A stretch of DNA of 64,000 nt from a virus: positions 32,001-96,000 of the IMG/VR virus record IMGVR_UViG_3300021093_003900; one strand, 5' to 3'. Below, piece after piece: positions 9,680 through 19,951 of the stretch; position 1 is the stretch's first letter; each line of letters starts with the position of its first letter. Under the pieces are notes generated by a model. That model had not been told where the DNA came from. It saw only the letters and a program-made list of their open reading frames with translations, and ran no database searches. The position numbers and the translations under genes were made by a program.

Positions 9680-10165
9680 TTACAACTTCATAACTTTCAA
9701 AAACTCAGTCCAAGTCTCAAGGTCAGTTTCGTTTCTACCAATATTCGCAGCATACGTACACAAAACTACATTATCGATAGTATAACCCCTGTTTCGATCT
9801 AAACGATCAATAGATGGTTGTTGGGGGTGTTTGTTTTTATTTGATGGAACCATAGGAATTTTAAACCAATAACATAATCCAAGTTGATTTTCATACATTT
9901 TTTTTATATCTCCAACGGTAATATTGTGCTCAACTCCACGACGTTTTGAGGTATGGATCAATGTATTTTCCCATAATTTTATTCTTCTTTCAATTTGTTT
10001 GAGTGACTCAATTTTTTTAAAATTTAAATCTCTCCGTTTATCTCTTTTATATTGTCTAGTGGTCTCAAGTGTGCATAATTTACATCTTGTACCTCTCTGA
10101 CTTTTATAGTATTCATCGTAGGATTTCATTATTCCACAAACACTACATTTTTTTTGTATATCCAT
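9680..10165 (-). CDS. Free-standing HNH/His-Me endonuclease, probably homing; start revised to ATG at 10165
   Basis: CSVC...CKLC zinc finger; PSIDRLDRNRGYTIDNVVLCTYAANIGRN nuclease motif. Confidence 0.75.
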   Translation of the reverse strand: MDIQKKCSVCGIMKSYDEYYKSQRGTRCKLCTLETTRQYKRDKRRDLNFKKIESLKQIERRIKLWENTLIHTSKRRGVEHNITVGDIKKMYENQLGLCYWFKIPMVPSNKNKHPQQPSIDRLDRNRGYTIDNVVLCTYAANIGRNETDLETWTEFLKVMKL

Positions 10166-10193
10166 AAATATAAATATGGATAAACTTGTTTTT

Positions 10194-10823
10194 TTAACAA
10201 TAAGGTGGTGAACATCTTTTTTTACCATCCAATCCTTTAATTTTTCCTTTACAAACTTGAACGCCGTAACCCGAACTATAAGCGCTAGGGTAGACATCAA
10301 ATTTTGCTTTAGCGGCCGATTTACCACGCGCACATAATTTAGTTCCAGTTTTTTTACGACCCTCTTGAACTTGAAGTTGGTTTGATTTAGATTTATTTTC
10401 CAAATATTTGATATACATCTCTAAGTCATTCATTCCAAAATAATCAACATCATTTTCATTAAACCAAGCTAATACATCTTTCCAATTAGTTGTTCGATTT
10501 ATATTTTTTAAACATTCAACTTCACCCCCCATACTAGAGAAAGTCGATTGTTCTTGCATCATATTAGGTTGATTATTAAAATTATTTTTCATAAAATCAT
10601 AAACTTGATCAATTGACTCGGTTGATGATGCAATATGATCTTGAGCCCAATCATGACCATTATCCAATAATTGCTCAACTTGATTTTTATCATATTTTAA
10701 TAATTCACTAGCTTGATCTCTAATTTGTTCCAAGTTGGAAAAAAACATATATCTATCCTCTTGTTCAGATAGAATTTTTGATAGTTTTTCGTATTGTTCT
10801 TTAGTTAAAATAAGTTTTTTCAT
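10194..10823 (-). CDS. Hypothetical, putative head-internal protein
   Basis: N-terminal leader ending LSEQ; GHDWAQDHI segment; C-terminal LCARGKSAAKAKFDVYPSAY..GY.VQVCKG. Confidence 0.6.
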   Translation of the reverse strand: MKKLILTKEQYEKLSKILSEQEDRYMFFSNLEQIRDQASELLKYDKNQVEQLLDNGHDWAQDHIASSTESIDQVYDFMKNNFNNQPNMMQEQSTFSSMGGEVECLKNINRTTNWKDVLAWFNENDVDYFGMNDLEMYIKYLENKSKSNQLQVQEGRKKTGTKLCARGKSAAKAKFDVYPSAYSSGYGVQVCKGKIKGLDGKKRCSPPYC

Positions 10824-12301
10824 TTTTCGTTTACGATTTGAAAAGTTAATTGTCTTTTATAAGTATCTTTTTGTCCACTAGTATTCACTTTGATATCAAC
10901 ATAATATTCATTAGGAATTTTATCTCTAGTATCGAAAATAAAATAGTATTCATTTGGTGTTCTGTTAATTGGTGTCCATCCCTGAACTTCAACTTCCGTT
11001 TGTCCTTCCCTCACATATACTCTGTATTGAGCTTCGATGTTTTGTAAAACAAACGCACTTGTGTAAGCTTGTTTTATCACAACCATTACTTTACGAATGT
11101 CTGTGTTTACGATTTTTTCATTTTGTTTTATACCACTAAAATCGAAACCATATAAAATAGGGTCTTTTGAAACACTTCCGATTTGATAAAAAGCTGAATA
11201 AGATTGTAATACAAATTGATTTTCAATGTCATCAAGATTATTTCCTTGAGCGATAATATTTGTCCACTTGTCGGTAAATTGACACGGTGTATTATATCCT
11301 GATAATGGCGGTATTGTAACTTCATAAACCCCCCTACTAATAAGACAACTTGTAAGTCCTGTGTAACCCGATATTGGTTCATCATCTGGATCTAAGATAT
11401 CCACGATTGGGTTTTGATCTAAGTTTAGATAATCACCATTTGCAAAAATGTAGAGATACAATTTATTGGTTCTACCTTGTACAAAGGTAACTCTATTATC
11501 TTGAATCAAATCATCAAATGTGGTTTGTAGAAATGGTTGATAAAAAGTTTGGGTATGTCTTGTGAAAAATCCCACAGAATACGTTACGGTGAGCCCTGTG
11601 ATGTTTTCTATTTGAGGGACATACGCAATACCCCATCCTGTAGAACCTGTCGTAGAACCCGTTAAAATCGAATTTATTTCGTGGGTCATATCAAAGTTGA
11701 TATCTTCATTTCCAAATTCGAAATGTTGTGTATCAACGATCGTAAGTGCTGAGTAGTTAAGTCCAGTATTTCCACTGCTTGTGTTATTATTACTGTATAT
11801 TCCCGGATATGACCAATTTGTAATTGTTGTTGTTTGATACCAGTTTGATGGTCTTGTAGAGAAAGCTTTATTAAAACCCCAACTATCCAGTGCGGGTGTA
11901 TCAACGTAATCATATCCAACACCTTCGTCCCAAGTTTGTGAATTACCTGTGGAACCTGATGTTTTTGGAATACGGAATAATATTAAATCAAAAGATGCTG
12001 TTCGAATTGATCCGTCCGAAGCTTCGGTATTAAGAAGATCTATATCAAAACTTGAAGTGTTTGTCATCTTGAGTGTGTGTGTCATTGCTGACGTACACCC
12101 AGTTGATATGGTACCAGATGCAATATTTTCTATCAAGGGTGTTAGATCTAGATCAAAAATAAATCGTGTAAAACCGTTTGGTGCCGTTGTTTGTAGACTT
12201 GTACCATAAAATAATTGCATTACAGGATTACGACCCGTATTTACAAAACTATTTTTTTGTATGGTATTATTTTTTGAAAAGTAGGAACGAAAAATCGACA
12301 T
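10820..12301 (-). CDS. Putative virion structural protein (beta-rich)
   Basis: 493 aa, Thr/Ser/Asn-rich; RFIFDLDL, TWDEGVGYDY, FFTRHTQTFYQPFL; late-type motif upstream. Confidence 0.6.
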   Translation of the reverse strand: MSIFRSYFSKNNTIQKNSFVNTGRNPVMQLFYGTSLQTTAPNGFTRFIFDLDLTPLIENIASGTISTGCTSAMTHTLKMTNTSSFDIDLLNTEASDGSIRTASFDLILFRIPKTSGSTGNSQTWDEGVGYDYVDTPALDSWGFNKAFSTRPSNWYQTTTITNWSYPGIYSNNNTSSGNTGLNYSALTIVDTQHFEFGNEDINFDMTHEINSILTGSTTGSTGWGIAYVPQIENITGLTVTYSVGFFTRHTQTFYQPFLQTTFDDLIQDNRVTFVQGRTNKLYLYIFANGDYLNLDQNPIVDILDPDDEPISGYTGLTSCLISRGVYEVTIPPLSGYNTPCQFTDKWTNIIAQGNNLDDIENQFVLQSYSAFYQIGSVSKDPILYGFDFSGIKQNEKIVNTDIRKVMVVIKQAYTSAFVLQNIEAQYRVYVREGQTEVEVQGWTPINRTPNEYYFIFDTRDKIPNEYYVDIKVNTSGQKDTYKRQLTFQIVNEK

Positions 12302-12322
12302 TCATAAATTTTATTATAAATA

Positions 12323-13813
12323 TCAATTTATTCGGATATTTTCATTTAGAGCTCTAAATCTCCAAGGAAAAGAAAATAAATCTGATTTTTGATCTCCAGC
12401 CCATGTAAGTGCGTCTGGTGGTAAACTCGGATGAGAGTGAACGTGATTCTGCAAGAACCTAGATATTTTTTCTAGATAATCAAATAATATTTCACCCCTG
12501 ATCATAGAATAGGTGTTTGGTATTACATTATCCTGAAGTTGTTGTTGTGAAATACCCATTAAAGTATTTGGGTTTGGGGATAGTGACGGATCAAATACAA
12601 TGTTACCAGTTCTGTGCGACATCATTACTATCGTGTCAGCAGCACTCATCATATAGGTTCCAGAATCAGTCGTTACTTGTTTGGGGGTTATTGTTTCAAT
12701 AACAAATTCACTAGGTTTTCCAATTAAACCTTTACTACTTACTAGACCGAAAGAAAATCCTTTTGGCCCTTGACCCGGATTAAGTGTTATTTTAGAAATG
12801 AATTGAGACGCATTAGAGAACTCAATTGGGTTATTCACACTTGAACCGGGTTTGAGTAAATTTCTGATTTGAATATTGGGTCTGTAAACAAATGGAAATC
12901 TATTGTTACCCAAACTAGGGCCGTTTGTTATATTGCCATCGTTGATTTGATTGATAAATGAATTGATTGCTATAACCGTGTTTTCTAATGTTGAACCAAG
13001 AAATTGTTGGGTATAAACAACATAAGAAACATCACTTAAATCAGAATCATAGTTGATGTTATCTGTAAGTGTTTTTTCGACAGATTTGAGTTTATACAAC
13101 GTAATATCACCAGTAAAAGCATTTTGTTGATTATCTAAGTTATAAACATTCCATTCAATAAGATATTGGGTTTCTTGATTTAATTGATTTATTTTGATTA
13201 AATCTTGTGATTTTAAATCTTGGGATTTTACATCAAATGATGAAACTTGGATATATGCACGTTTTTCGTTTGCAATTGGAAACTTATTTGTCTTCAAATC
13301 CAAAGTTTTTCCAGCTCTGATTAGGACACCATTAGGTTTAACAATGATATCAGAAGTGCCACGACCTAGAACTGAGACATCGTTCAGTTCTGGGAATACT
13401 CCAAAACTTTGGACATTTTTTAATGAACCATCTTTATTTTTAAGTGCCAAGTTTTGTTTAATTCTATAACCCAATGAAGTGTTTTTACCAGCCCCTTGAG
13501 CATTTTCATACTTCATTGTCATAGGGCTACTATAAGCTCCTTGAACATAGTACGCGTCTTGGTATCTTCTCTCACTATTTTGAAAAATTACACTAATTCT
13601 TTCTCCAACTGCGGGTACTTGGGATAAAAACATTGGAAGAAGAGGTGAAACAATAAATGGATCTTTCAACGTGAACTCATCTTTTCCTACCTGAAAGTTA
13701 TATGCTTGAAGAGCCGATTCGATGTTTTGATCAAAAGGATACGCTCTTACACGGCCTAACATCATAGGATCTTCGTTGTCTACAACAGTTGCTGGATATA
13801 AAATTTTATTCAT
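12323..13813 (-). CDS. Baseplate central spike-like protein (gp5/gpV N-terminal OB fold)
   Basis: ATVVDNEDPMMLGRVRA...VPAVGERI N-terminus; GRGTSDI; C-terminal NHVH apex-type motif. Confidence 0.7.
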   Translation of the reverse strand: MNKILYPATVVDNEDPMMLGRVRAYPFDQNIESALQAYNFQVGKDEFTLKDPFIVSPLLPMFLSQVPAVGERISVIFQNSERRYQDAYYVQGAYSSPMTMKYENAQGAGKNTSLGYRIKQNLALKNKDGSLKNVQSFGVFPELNDVSVLGRGTSDIIVKPNGVLIRAGKTLDLKTNKFPIANEKRAYIQVSSFDVKSQDLKSQDLIKINQLNQETQYLIEWNVYNLDNQQNAFTGDITLYKLKSVEKTLTDNINYDSDLSDVSYVVYTQQFLGSTLENTVIAINSFINQINDGNITNGPSLGNNRFPFVYRPNIQIRNLLKPGSSVNNPIEFSNASQFISKITLNPGQGPKGFSFGLVSSKGLIGKPSEFVIETITPKQVTTDSGTYMMSAADTIVMMSHRTGNIVFDPSLSPNPNTLMGISQQQLQDNVIPNTYSMIRGEILFDYLEKISRFLQNHVHSHPSLPPDALTWAGDQKSDLFSFPWRFRALNENIRIN

Positions 13814-14027
13814 AGTTATTCCTCAAATTATATTCGTGTAATACTTTGTTGTATAGATTTTCAACGTTGTCTAAATGTGTCGACAGATTGATAATCATTT
13901 GTTTGGTTTCCTCGAAATCCTCAGCTAAAAAATCCATAGCCTGAACCAATTCATTATTACCACTGGATTTAATCTCTGTAATAATACTGTTTAATTTATC
14001 AATATCAATTTTTGGCGTCTGTATCAT
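13806..14027 (-). CDS. Hypothetical coiled-coil protein
   Basis: 73-aa ORF closely coupled to its neighbours. Confidence 0.65.
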   Translation of the reverse strand: MIQTPKIDIDKLNSIITEIKSSGNNELVQAMDFLAEDFEETKQMIINLSTHLDNVENLYNKVLHEYNLRNNYE

Positions 14028-14028
14028 A

Positions 14029-16104
14029 TTACAAATTTAATCCAAATGCTTCAACTGGAGGTTGTGGTACCCCAAATCCTACAGCTGGTGGTAATGGTAC
14101 TAAAACACTTGTTTTTGAATTCAAGTATCGTTCCCTTTCTATCCCTTGTTGTGAACCGAAAAATGATTGTGTCATAAAGTTTGGTGCACCACTAGGCATC
14201 GCTCCAGTTGGAATTCCAACACTTTGAAACTCTTTGACTATTTCTAGATTTGCTCTGACTTCTGAGAAACCAGATCTGAATTTTGACAAAGGTAAAAATA
14301 TCGCTGGTATTTGTATTCTTGTACCCGCAAGTGCCACTTGAAATATTTGTTGGATCTCATCAATAATACTCTGACATCTTCGGTAATCTCCAAATAATTT
14401 GACCAATATTCCACCTACAGTTAGAAGTTGAAGAATTATAGCTTCTTTTTTGGAGCCATTTTCTTTCAGTTTTCTGATCAAAATTCTTAATAATAAAACA
14501 ATTTCTTTTTTTATTTCTTGAACCAATATCTTTAAAAATTTAGAAATCACTTTTGATGAAAGGTTGATAAATAATTTACTGAATATTACAGAAAATTGTA
14601 AAATGTTTGTAACTTTACTTAGTATTTGACGATATGTGGGTAAAATAGTCGCAAGCATTAAGTAAAAACCTAACAAAATTTTTGGTGATAGAATTGAAGA
14701 AAAAAATGCTTGTGGAATTTTCTTCAGTAATTCGGTATCCACAACCAATCTAAAATTCAAACCGGGTATAGAAACATTGTTTTGTAGATTATCAACAAAT
14801 GTACTTTCTACCGATTCAAATGCTTGTAGAATTTCTCCTGCGGTATTGGCACTCAAAACTAACAATATTTGGTTTGTGATTTCTTCATTATTTACTGGTA
14901 ATTTGATATTATCACAGTCTTGAAACTCAACAACCCCCTTTCTCAAATTTTCGATTGTGTAATCAATTTCCCTAAGATCGATTTCGTTAAATTGAAAAAA
15001 ACTAGCATCAACGTCTTGAGTTGGGGAAACCTTCGCAATACCAGACACATCGATTTCGTTTCTGTCATCGAAACATAAACCCAACACTCTTTGCAATAAT
15101 AATTGATATTTTCCTTTCAATTCAAGTTGTTGTGAGGATAAATTCATTTGTATACTTAAAGATCCACAAACTGAATCAAAAATTTGTCCAAATACATTTT
15201 GTAAATCAACAATCTCAAGTTTACCATAATAGTCCGTCAAAAATTGTGAAACGACATTATTTTGTGGTCTGTTAATTAAATCAATTTTGTAAAATGCGCC
15301 AGTGTTTCCTAAGTTATCAGTTGTTGTAAATTGTATATTGAATAGTGGTTGAGTTGAAACACCGTTAAAAAATTGTCCTGTCGTTGCAAAATATGATTGT
15401 CCGGGTGTTTGGGTTAATTCGTAGAGATCTTTATTAAAAGGGTATTTACCGTTTGTTTGTGTGGTGTATGGGACTCCAGTTTCGTAAAAAATTTTACCTA
15501 CTTTTGAGTTTGGATTAGTTTGTAACATACCAAACAAGTCAATTGATTGAACTGGTATGTACAATGAATCGGTATTCACCCCAACTTGATTTATTAAATT
15601 TGAGGTATCATTACCCAAAAAGGTTTGTTCTTGAGAACATCCTAGTTGATTAATAATTTCAGAAGTAAGTAGTTCTGGTAATTCTGATCGAACTTTATTA
15701 ATAACTTTTACAAAAATTTTCTTTACTGAATCAACTTTAGACTTTGCTTGATCCACTTTATTTTTTGCTTTATCTAACGAACTAGAGATTTGAGTCCCAA
15801 CCGAATTCACGCCACCTTCCACTGATCCGATAGCGGAAGTTACTTGCGAAGTTAGGGTTTGAACAGGAATTGTTTTTAAGATCTCAACAAGTTGTTCCAA
15901 TTTATTTTTTACTTGTCTTTGATATTCTTTCTTTTGATCCTGAATTTTTTTTAATTGTTCAACAAGTTTTTTTTCTCCGATTTCAAGATTGGATTGTCTT
16001 TTTTTGACAATTTCTTGTTTTTGGGTTTCAACTTCGTTATAAGCGGCAACAGCTTCTATTTCATCTCTGATACCTTGCCATTGTTGATCATATACACCAC
16101 CCAT
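14029..16104 (-). CDS. Hypothetical protein, possibly structural
   Basis: 691-aa ORF in the same run as the spike gene. Confidence 0.7.
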   Translation of the reverse strand: MGGVYDQQWQGIRDEIEAVAAYNEVETQKQEIVKKRQSNLEIGEKKLVEQLKKIQDQKKEYQRQVKNKLEQLVEILKTIPVQTLTSQVTSAIGSVEGGVNSVGTQISSSLDKAKNKVDQAKSKVDSVKKIFVKVINKVRSELPELLTSEIINQLGCSQEQTFLGNDTSNLINQVGVNTDSLYIPVQSIDLFGMLQTNPNSKVGKIFYETGVPYTTQTNGKYPFNKDLYELTQTPGQSYFATTGQFFNGVSTQPLFNIQFTTTDNLGNTGAFYKIDLINRPQNNVVSQFLTDYYGKLEIVDLQNVFGQIFDSVCGSLSIQMNLSSQQLELKGKYQLLLQRVLGLCFDDRNEIDVSGIAKVSPTQDVDASFFQFNEIDLREIDYTIENLRKGVVEFQDCDNIKLPVNNEEITNQILLVLSANTAGEILQAFESVESTFVDNLQNNVSIPGLNFRLVVDTELLKKIPQAFFSSILSPKILLGFYLMLATILPTYRQILSKVTNILQFSVIFSKLFINLSSKVISKFLKILVQEIKKEIVLLLRILIRKLKENGSKKEAIILQLLTVGGILVKLFGDYRRCQSIIDEIQQIFQVALAGTRIQIPAIFLPLSKFRSGFSEVRANLEIVKEFQSVGIPTGAMPSGAPNFMTQSFFGSQQGIERERYLNSKTSVLVPLPPAVGFGVPQPPVEAFGLNL

Positions 16105-16105
16105 T

Positions 16106-16477
16106 TCATTTGTTCATTTTGTATTTATCATCCTCAAATGATTCAACATCCTTCATAATTAATGATTGTAACATATCCTCATCAATATCGGTCAATGACA
16201 TATCTGATTGATGACTCAAAGATTTTTCCCAAATTGTAGACTGGAGCTTGGCCAACGTAAGTTTTTTTTCAACAACGTCATTTATGATTTTTTGTTGTTT
16301 TTCCAACACAGGACCTATATTCTGCATATCATCAGGTTCTTTTAAAAAAGACAACATTTTATTTTGAACTCTGATCGCTGTAGTTCTTTGTTCTACCAAT
16401 TCGTTGTAAATTTCCTGCATTAAAGCAAGAATTGAGTCCTTGGATAAATTGATTTCTTTTCTTCTAGGTGTTGCCAT
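16106..16477 (-). CDS. Hypothetical protein
   Basis: 123-aa helical ORF; TATTTAT 4 nt upstream. Confidence 0.7.
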   Translation of the reverse strand: MATPRRKEINLSKDSILALMQEIYNELVEQRTTAIRVQNKMLSFLKEPDDMQNIGPVLEKQQKIINDVVEKKLTLAKLQSTIWEKSLSHQSDMSLTDIDEDMLQSLIMKDVESFEDDKYKMNK

Positions 16478-16503
16478 ACAAATAAATAGTTAAAACGCGA
16501 TAA

Positions 16504-17229
16504 TTAATCGATAAGTTTATTTAAAACACTTACATACAATTTTTTGAATTTTTTCATAGATGATCTTATTTCTTTGGTATTCAAATTTGTCATCTCTCGT
16601 ATTGAAAGTAATATAATATTTTTATTGTACTTATTATTTTCTGTACCTTCGAAATTAGTTTTATAATTTTCAAATAATTCCAAAAGTGAAATACCTAGTT
16701 TTATTTCGTTATCAGATAAATTTCGTTCATCCAAATAGATCTTAAGTTCAGAAATAAAAACTTGAATTATATCATCGGCTTCGTTTTTTTCATTTTCCAA
16801 GTAATAGACCATATCAGGTCGATTTTCTAAAGTAGACGATATATCTTCATATGAAATGTTTCGATTTGTATCTTTTTGGTCTTTTATAATTTGACCCATA
16901 AGATAATTTTTACAAATTGTACCGAAATAAGAGTAGGCTTTTTTGTTTTTGGCTGGTTTGAATTTTTCTACTTTTGTCATCAAAAACCCATGAGTGTCAT
17001 GATGAATTTCGTGGAAATCCATATCTTTACGATACAACTTATATCTCCTAATAATAGAAGATATCATTTTGTCTAAAGGAGCTTTTAAGTAGGTATTGTA
17101 GATTTCATTTTTTTCTTCAGCTGAGTCGGTCGCAAGAAATCTTAAGACCGCATCTTCTTCTCTTTGATCAAAATAGTTTTCTTTAGATACCTTTTTCTTT
17201 TCCTTTTTTTCTTCGTTTTCGATGGACAT
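16504..17229 (-). CDS. Late-transcription sigma factor (gp55-like)
   Basis: NYF N-terminus and KVEKFKPAKNKKAYSYFGTICKNYL resemble sigma region 2 of gp55-like proteins. Confidence 0.65.
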   Translation of the reverse strand: MSIENEEKKEKKKVSKENYFDQREEDAVLRFLATDSAEEKNEIYNTYLKAPLDKMISSIIRRYKLYRKDMDFHEIHHDTHGFLMTKVEKFKPAKNKKAYSYFGTICKNYLMGQIIKDQKDTNRNISYEDISSTLENRPDMVYYLENEKNEADDIIQVFISELKIYLDERNLSDNEIKLGISLLELFENYKTNFEGTENNKYNKNIILLSIREMTNLNTKEIRSSMKKFKKLYVSVLNKLID

Positions 17230-18032
17230 TAACCCATTTGTAGTTCAAATTTTATGTTCCTGTCATCTTTAAAGTAAAACTCTTTCTTTGCACAAGCGAT
17301 CCAAAATTTAATTTCATCTTCTGTCATTAGAGAGGATCCATTTTTGTAGTTCCAGAAAATAGAACCTTCTCTCATCGTTGTGTGTTTGTAGCCAATTCTG
17401 GGAATTGTCATTATTTTGGCTGTGTTATATGTCATCCTCAACAATAACTCATAAACAAATGTCAATTTCATAGATGCTTTGAACCCTCCGTACTCTAGAA
17501 TACTTGATTTTTTAACCACACAACCAGACGTTTGAAAATTTTGGTATTGTAATAAAGTTTCATTTGATAAATACCCAATTTCTTGGGAGAAGTTTGCGGC
17601 AAAAGTTGCTTCATTTGTGAAACCAAGAAATACACCCTTATCATCAACATCAACTACGATTGGTAAAAACACATCTACCTCAGGGTAAAAATTAATATAT
17701 TTCTGAACGTTTCTGAACCATACATTAGAATATTCATCATCGAATTCAAAAAAACTTACATAAGTTGATTGTGCATTTTCAACGCCATGATTGAGTTGAG
17801 ATTGAAAATTTGGTTCCTTAGTGTACGGTAACAATTTAACATTCAAATTTTCAAAATTGTAGTTTTTTAATTTTTCGACTAAAGTTTCTTCTTCAGTATG
17901 AACAATAATTACTTCATTGAGGGATATGTCTTGAATTTGGAGGGATTTGATCGCCTTATCAAAGTATTCATCAAAATCTCTAACTAATCCTGATTTTATC
18001 GGTAATATTATAGTTATGTCTAAACTTTCCAT
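17229..18032 (-). CDS. Glycosyltransferase, GT2/GT-A fold
   Basis: ITIILPI, LNHGVENA, FFEFDDEY, YGGFK, YELLLRM. Confidence 0.75.
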   Translation of the reverse strand: MESLDITIILPIKSGLVRDFDEYFDKAIKSLQIQDISLNEVIIVHTEEETLVEKLKNYNFENLNVKLLPYTKEPNFQSQLNHGVENAQSTYVSFFEFDDEYSNVWFRNVQKYINFYPEVDVFLPIVVDVDDKGVFLGFTNEATFAANFSQEIGYLSNETLLQYQNFQTSGCVVKKSSILEYGGFKASMKLTFVYELLLRMTYNTAKIMTIPRIGYKHTTMREGSIFWNYKNGSSLMTEDEIKFWIACAKKEFYFKDDRNIKFELQMG

Positions 18033-18033
18033 T

Positions 18034-19089
18034 TTAGTTTTCATTTAATTGGTTTAATTGTTGAAAGAAAAATTCCTTTCTTTTAAGTTGAAATTCGTTG
18101 AAAATTTTACTTACTTCAGTATCAAAACTTTCAGTCATTCTATAATTGTTAGCGGTAACTTCACCTTCACTGTATAATGTAGTAAGTACGCTATCTTCTA
18201 ACCATGTTTGAGCAAAGTCTGCAATCACATCAACAATTTGTAATGTATTTTCTACCCAGACACCATTTTTTTCATTCATCCACTCAGGTTTTAAATTTGG
18301 AATTTTACCAATTACAGGTATACCAGACGCCATACACTCAATAGGAAAAGTACCAAATGATGATGTTGGATCCAACCAAACACCTAAGAAAGCATCTTTC
18401 ATTGCATTTGAAAATTCTTCTTCACTCAATCCTCTGAGATCTCTGAAAGTAAAAAACCTAAATTGTGGATATTTGAGGTAAAAACTTTTGATTAAATTGA
18501 GACCATCACGTTGTTCTCTAGAGTGAACTAATATGATCGGTTTTGGTGGATGTGTTTGTTTAACAAAACAGTCTGAAATTGTTGGTTTTAGAATATCAAA
18601 AGATATATTTCTCATAATTTTGGAAATCTCATCTTTTTGTGTTTCTGAAGTCGCAATACATTTATAAAAACCGTATTGTTGCCAAGCAGCTCCAGGTGTC
18701 AATGTTTCTAGAACATGGTCATATGCTTGACAGAGTACAATTTTACCACAAGGTAAATTTTTTACTTGTTCCATAACAAATCCAAAAATTTCAGGTATAA
18801 CTAAAATATCTTCAGGAGCAATTTGTAAATTTGTACCTTCAATAACTTGAAACTCAAGACCTTCATATTTTTTGAATGACCAACTATCGATCGGTGTGTA
18901 ATCAGATTTTTCATACAACATAACTACCTTATAACCCTCTTTGGTTAGAGAATTGGCAATGTCGTAAATGAATCTGATGGATGCCTTAGCATTTCCTTTT
19001 GTGTCTTGGACAAAAAAATATATTTTGTTCGACTTGGTGTCTATATTGTAAAGAGACCTTTGTAGATTTTGTTTTAAATCTTCACTCAT
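18034..19089 (-). CDS. GT-B (GT4-like) glycosyltransferase
   Basis: SSFGTFPIECMASGIPVIG C-terminal motif; LVIPEIF. Confidence 0.7.
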   Translation of the reverse strand: MSEDLKQNLQRSLYNIDTKSNKIYFFVQDTKGNAKASIRFIYDIANSLTKEGYKVVMLYEKSDYTPIDSWSFKKYEGLEFQVIEGTNLQIAPEDILVIPEIFGFVMEQVKNLPCGKIVLCQAYDHVLETLTPGAAWQQYGFYKCIATSETQKDEISKIMRNISFDILKPTISDCFVKQTHPPKPIILVHSREQRDGLNLIKSFYLKYPQFRFFTFRDLRGLSEEEFSNAMKDAFLGVWLDPTSSFGTFPIECMASGIPVIGKIPNLKPEWMNEKNGVWVENTLQIVDVIADFAQTWLEDSVLTTLYSEGEVTANNYRMTESFDTEVSKIFNEFQLKRKEFFFQQLNQLNEN

Positions 19090-19091
19090 TT

Positions 19092-19358
19092 TTAAAGTTT
19101 TTGTATAAATTTATTGAATAACATTGTATTCCAAGCTAATCGAAATGAAACACTCAAATCTTGTGATTTACTGACCATTTTTTCATCGATTGGTTGCATT
19201 TCAGAAAAAACAACTTCAGTTAATGTTTTTATAACTTCGTATTTTATGACAGAAATATGTTGACTTTCACCAGTTCCTGAAAACTCAGGGCGATCGACGA
19301 AAGAATCAATCGCATTGATGTTCAAATAGTATTTTTCACCTAAAACGTCTAACATCAT
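19092..19358 (-). CDS. Hypothetical protein
   Basis: 88-aa coupled ORF. Confidence 0.65.
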   Translation of the reverse strand: MMLDVLGEKYYLNINAIDSFVDRPEFSGTGESQHISVIKYEVIKTLTEVVFSEMQPIDEKMVSKSQDLSVSFRLAWNTMLFNKFIQKL

Positions 19359-19951
19359 ATTAAATTTTTAATGTAATCATTTAATTCACCGATAGAATTT
19401 ATAGTAATATTGGTTTTTATTTCCGAATTATATGGTTTTTCGAATTTAATTAAAGTTTTATTTTTATTAATTTGTAATAATTCAGGTTCTGCCGTAACTA
19501 AAATATCAAATTCTTTCCAGATTTTTCTTTTATTCTTATGGTTGTAAAAAATTATTTTTTCAATTTCACATCCGAACTTGGATATAAAAAACAGAGTTGC
19601 TGGTTTACTTTTACCAACCTGTTTGGAAATTAATAAAAACTCAACTTTACCAAAATACTCCCTGTAAATTTCGTTTAAAATATGGAACGTACTCATCTCT
19701 GTCGATGGCGCATGTCCAAAAATTTGCATAGCGAATTCGTTATACATAAAGTTGTAATACTCTTCATCATTCTTAAAATTGAAATGATTTTTATAGTTAG
19801 ATGTATTGTATGGTTTATAGATTTCAAATTTAAAATCTTTGTCAACCAATTCTAATTCATCGATAAAGAATTTTTGATAGATCTGTTCTATTTTTTCGAA
19901 AGTGTCCCTCAGAACACCTTCAATATCAATTGCTATTCGAAATTTTGGCAT
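19355..19951 (-). CDS. HAD-fold 5'(3')-nucleotidase-like protein; start revised to ATG at 19951
   Basis: RIAIDIEGVLRD (DxD-like motif, second Asp replaced by Glu), KPYN near the C-terminus. Confidence 0.55.
   Translation of the reverse strand: MPKFRIAIDIEGVLRDTFEKIEQIYQKFFIDELELVDKDFKFEIYKPYNTSNYKNHFNFKNDEEYYNFMYNEFAMQIFGHAPSTEMSTFHILNEIYREYFGKVEFLLISKQVGKSKPATLFFISKFGCEIEKIIFYNHKNKRKIWKEFDILVTAEPELLQINKNKTLIKFEKPYNSEIKTNITINSIGELNDYIKNLI

Noticed and set aside
10166-10333. N-terminal extension of the HNH ORF in the track (similar cases at 19952-20038, 22663-22686, 39329-39364)
   Set aside because: These overlap upstream genes; downstream ATGs fit better with motifs and gene coupling.
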